Positions 62,401 to 64,000 of a DNA stretch of 64,000 bases are shown here, piece after piece. The stretch spans positions 1,674,001-1,738,000 of the forward strand of contig CM097882.1 in NCBI GenBank assembly GCA_044892505.1. Direction: 5' to 3'. The notes below the pieces were generated by a model. That model had not been told where the DNA came from. It did no database searches and saw only the letters and a list, made by a program, of their open reading frames with translations. This stretch comes from Schmidtea nova. Lineage: Eukaryota. The position numbers were made by a program, and so were the translations under genes. Every line of letters starts with the position of its first letter. Position 1 is the first letter of the stretch.

Positions 62401-62988
62401 CAGGAATCAGTAGCAAAATGTGTGTTTGTGCAATTGTTCCATCACCATACAGTTCACATGTTGCACTTAGTGATTTCTGGTTGTTCGATCATCTGAAGGA
62501 AGATTTGAGAGGAAAAATATTTGAATCAAAGAATGATTTGAAGGTAAATGTTGAGATATTTCTTGCGGAAAATGGACAAGAATTCTTCAAAATGGTTTAT
62601 AAATCATTGGAGAACCGATGGAGAAGGTGATTCAATGTTAATGTAAGTCATGTTGAGAAATTCTATAAATCTGTCTTGTTGTCAATAATGAACTTAGTTC
62701 CACCAACTTTGTTATTTCTGTGAGGCTAAGGAATTACTTTTAACCATTACCGTGTATTTATCAAGCACGAAACCAAAATAAAAGTCAAAACTTATTTAGT
62801 TATTAAATTCATTTTTGCTCAATATCTAGTATGTAATATCAGAATTTTTAAGGACGACAGAAATGGATAAACGTAATGCCTCTGATCCAGAATTTTATAA
62901 AAATGACAAACCATTTTTGATTGGATTCGTTTTTCTCACGTTGTCAACGTTTGTCGGTGGGCTGCTATCTGTGATATGTTTATTTGTG
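33920..62988 (+). CDS. ABCC4: ABCC4/MRP4-type ABC transporter, multi-exon, no TMD0; continues past the window and through gaps
   Basis: Exons with GT-AG ends and consistent phase: 33920-34104, 34148-34253, 34312-34524, (gap)-35006, 35062-35225, 35578-35703, 37674-37923 or 42398-42647, 42909-43043, 51452-51544, 51596-51787, 51870-52148, 56919-57071, 60825-~60890/60905, 60950-(gap), 62853-62988. Walker A GEIGSGKS, signature LSGGQKARISLARA, Walker B ILLDDPL, VTHQ. Confidence 0.92.
35250..35400. repeat. (ATT)n / (ATTATTGTC)n microsatellite in an ABCC intron; (AAT)n also near 38200-38250
   Basis: Direct reading. Confidence 0.9.
36145..37424. mobile_element. Non-autonomous TIR element copy 1 carrying a cargo ORF; right end runs into a gap
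   Basis: Starts (C/T)AGCGCCGTACTATCGCAAGTGCAATCGCA as at 43197; 36262-36450 matches 47925-48050; right end CTGCACAGGGCCCCCAAAAG resembles 48412-48430. Confidence 0.75.
37674..37923 (+). CDS. ABCC4: ABCC exon 7a (250 nt, last helices of TMD1)
   Basis: tttag|A GTC GAA..VELKYIFK..EIRVSFGRIQ|gtaag, phase 2 to 0. Confidence 0.9.
39270..40139 (+). mobile_element. Tigger/pogo-type 3' remnant
   Basis: TLNACWKKIWP..LARSVGEDGF..EDVQNLL..LQEGLSFAEKL..DP..ERSRKF; terminus GTGTTATAGGAGGGATACCTG+TA. Confidence 0.85.
40691..40733 (-). ncRNA. Identical hammerhead ribozyme in the inverted pLTR
   Basis: Exact reverse complement of 41548-41590. Confidence 0.75.
41548..41590 (+). ncRNA. Minimal type I hammerhead ribozyme in the PLE pLTR
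   Basis: AAAGC-CTGATGA-TGACAGC TAA GCTGTT-GAAA-TATA-TT-GCATT: intact core, stem II, palindromic ATATAT stem III, stem I with one mismatch. Confidence 0.75.
42398..42647 (+). CDS. ABCC4: ABCC exon 7b (250 nt), alternative to exon 7a
   Basis: ttttcag|A AAG ACG..KTLLYGFVRKSVKG..IDLRVTFSRIQ|gtttc; open frame, same length and phases as 7a. Confidence 0.85.
43434..43619 (+). pseudogene. SWIM zinc-finger fragment (MULE-transposase-like)
   Basis: CTCPAFLKRYICKHVAGMAIR fits CxCx(n)CxH. Confidence 0.7.
43871..47856. repeat. 22-bp minisatellite (TAATGCTCATTCAATATATTAT)n, about 180 units
   Basis: Direct reading; variant units contain TCGA, GTTC or AAAG. Confidence 0.97.
49037..49224. repeat. Near-perfect ~185-bp palindrome (foldback/MITE)
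   Basis: TCAATAATTT..TTAACAAGTACACA..GGCACAGCCTTT..CAAGTGTG TTTATATA CACACTTG..AAAGGCTGTGCC..TGTGTACTTGTTAA..AAATTATTGA. Confidence 0.85.
52199..53084 (+). mobile_element. Internally deleted hAT (Charlie/Buster-like) element with a perfect 8-bp TSD ATCTAATA
   Basis: TIRs CAGCGCTTCTCAACCT / AGGTTGAGAATCGCTG; LLPFSTSYLCETGFSAVASLKTKYRSQLNIE. Confidence 0.93.
54180..55260 (-). mobile_element. Second Penelope-like element remnant (RT C-terminus, thumb and GIY-YIG)
   Basis: FNAAHNDIK..YPKEDGS, YGFYRK, IVYSIMCNKCEEIYIGSTLRTLHQRIKEHL, LRLKEAILIR..P.IN; frameshifted. Confidence 0.88.
57259..58754 (-). mobile_element. Deleted hAT-like (ZMYM1/DUF4371-type) element with GGGCCCGGCGCC TIRs
   Basis: NSGKFLQMCEYMLDIDPKL..NAKYTSHEMQ, EILDEVINELQSRFS; flanked by a duplicated GGTCTCATAT. 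Confidence 0.8.
59600..59900 (-). mobile_element. Ty3/gypsy RT remnant, heavily decayed
   Basis: FNRMSFGVATVQGKF and VFLDE..ISTLEEHYKTLKQVLD across frameshifts. Confidence 0.6.
61849..62100 (+). mobile_element. Ty3/gypsy RNase H C-terminal remnant
   Basis: RWKYQYVRIL..FDFELKQLKGEENANAD resembles RW...L.EFDFEI.YIKGKEN..ADALSR. Confidence 0.55.
62300..62752 (+). mobile_element. Mariner 3' remnant
   Basis: DDNATIH, PSPYSSHVALSDFWLFDHLKEDLRGKIF..L..RW. Confidence 0.8.
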
Positions 62989-63559
62989 GTAAGCGCATAA
63001 TTTGAATTCGGTTTTCTTTAGTTTTCAATTTCCTCTTCAGTATAGTTAGAACAGTAAAAGTATTTTTTTAAATAAATTGATTTTTTGACATATTTTGGAA
63101 TTAAATGGTTCCTCATTTGGTAGTATGACCTTTGCATTTGATAGTGTAAATATTTCATTTATTAGTGTTTTTTGGTGATTGTGATAATTTATTTATAATC
63201 ATCTGTAATACAAAATAAAAGCGTAAGTGACCAAACGACAAAGCATAAGGTATATACATTTATTTTGTATTACAATTTGTCTAAAACATAATTATAAATA
63301 AATTATAAGATTTTTCACCTTAAAAAACTATTATTTCAAATAAAAAAACAACTATTACAAATACAAAAATACTATTGTCTTAAACAGACAACTCCTTGCT
63401 AAATAAAAAGATTACAACTGTATTTACAAGAAAAATTTTCCTTTAATCTTGTTTTACGCATAAATAAATCAACTAAATATTGTTTTTTTTGCTATTTTTG
63501 ATTGTTAGCTTACAAACGAATAGCCACGTAAATACAAAATGTAAAACAATGTAATAGTC

Positions 63560-64000
63560 TAAAGCATCATCAAAAGAAATTTTAATTACCGCTTTTAAAG
63601 CATACCGCTTCACATCTCTAAATAAAACCACTAAAATCTTCGACAGAAACAGTAGAACATCCAGTAAAAATGGCATTCTCAAGCTCTTGAGTCGTATTCG
63701 AGTTTCTTATTTTTATGTAGCCTTTCGATTTTGCAAAGAATTCTTCAATGGCATTAAGATGGGGGCTACATTGTGGAAGAAGTGAGAGCTGATGGCCGCC
63801 TTGTTCAATCAATTCTCTGATTCCTGCAACTTTGTGGGTAGAACATTTATCCATTATTATTGTATAATTCTGCTTATCGAGAGATTGCATTTGTTCCATC
63901 AACTGTCTCATAAACAGAGTATAAGACTTTCCATTGTAAGCAATAGTCGATGTTTCGTGATATATCGCTCCAATCTTAGTAATTGCTGCTGAAATTGAAA
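63560..64000 (-). mobile_element. IS630/Tc1-like DD34E transposase C-terminal part, cut by the window end
   Basis: IIMDKCSTHK..LLPQCSPHLNAIEEFFAKSK. Confidence 0.85.

Overview
Eukaryotic (probably animal), very AT-rich, repeat-dense, gapped draft sequence with GT-AG introns; the taxon cannot be fixed from this window. Host genes are an intronless RAD23-like gene, a truncated PPP4R1-like fragment, and the 5' two-thirds of an ABCC4/MRP4-type transporter gene (33920 to beyond 62988) whose tiny introns alternate with huge TE-filled ones. The main finding is a NeSL/Utopia-like non-LTR retrotransposon (RT plus restriction-like endonuclease, two degenerate Ulp1-like domains) whose stop codon abuts a 5S rRNA gene lacking nt 1-12, making it a candidate 5S-rDNA-specific RLE retrotransposon. 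Other findings: a pair of mutually exclusive 250-nt exons in the ABCC gene; an unclassified three-ORF repeat family (coiled-coil protein with a basic tail), one copy flanked by long inverted arms; a Penelope-like element with inverted pLTRs carrying minimal hammerhead ribozymes; a nested stack of IS630/Tc1 and mariner elements sharing one insertion hotspot; a cargo-carrying TIR element holding a 4-kb 22-bp minisatellite; and many hAT, Tigger, mariner and gypsy remnants. All calls come from reading the sequence by eye; no database searches were run.
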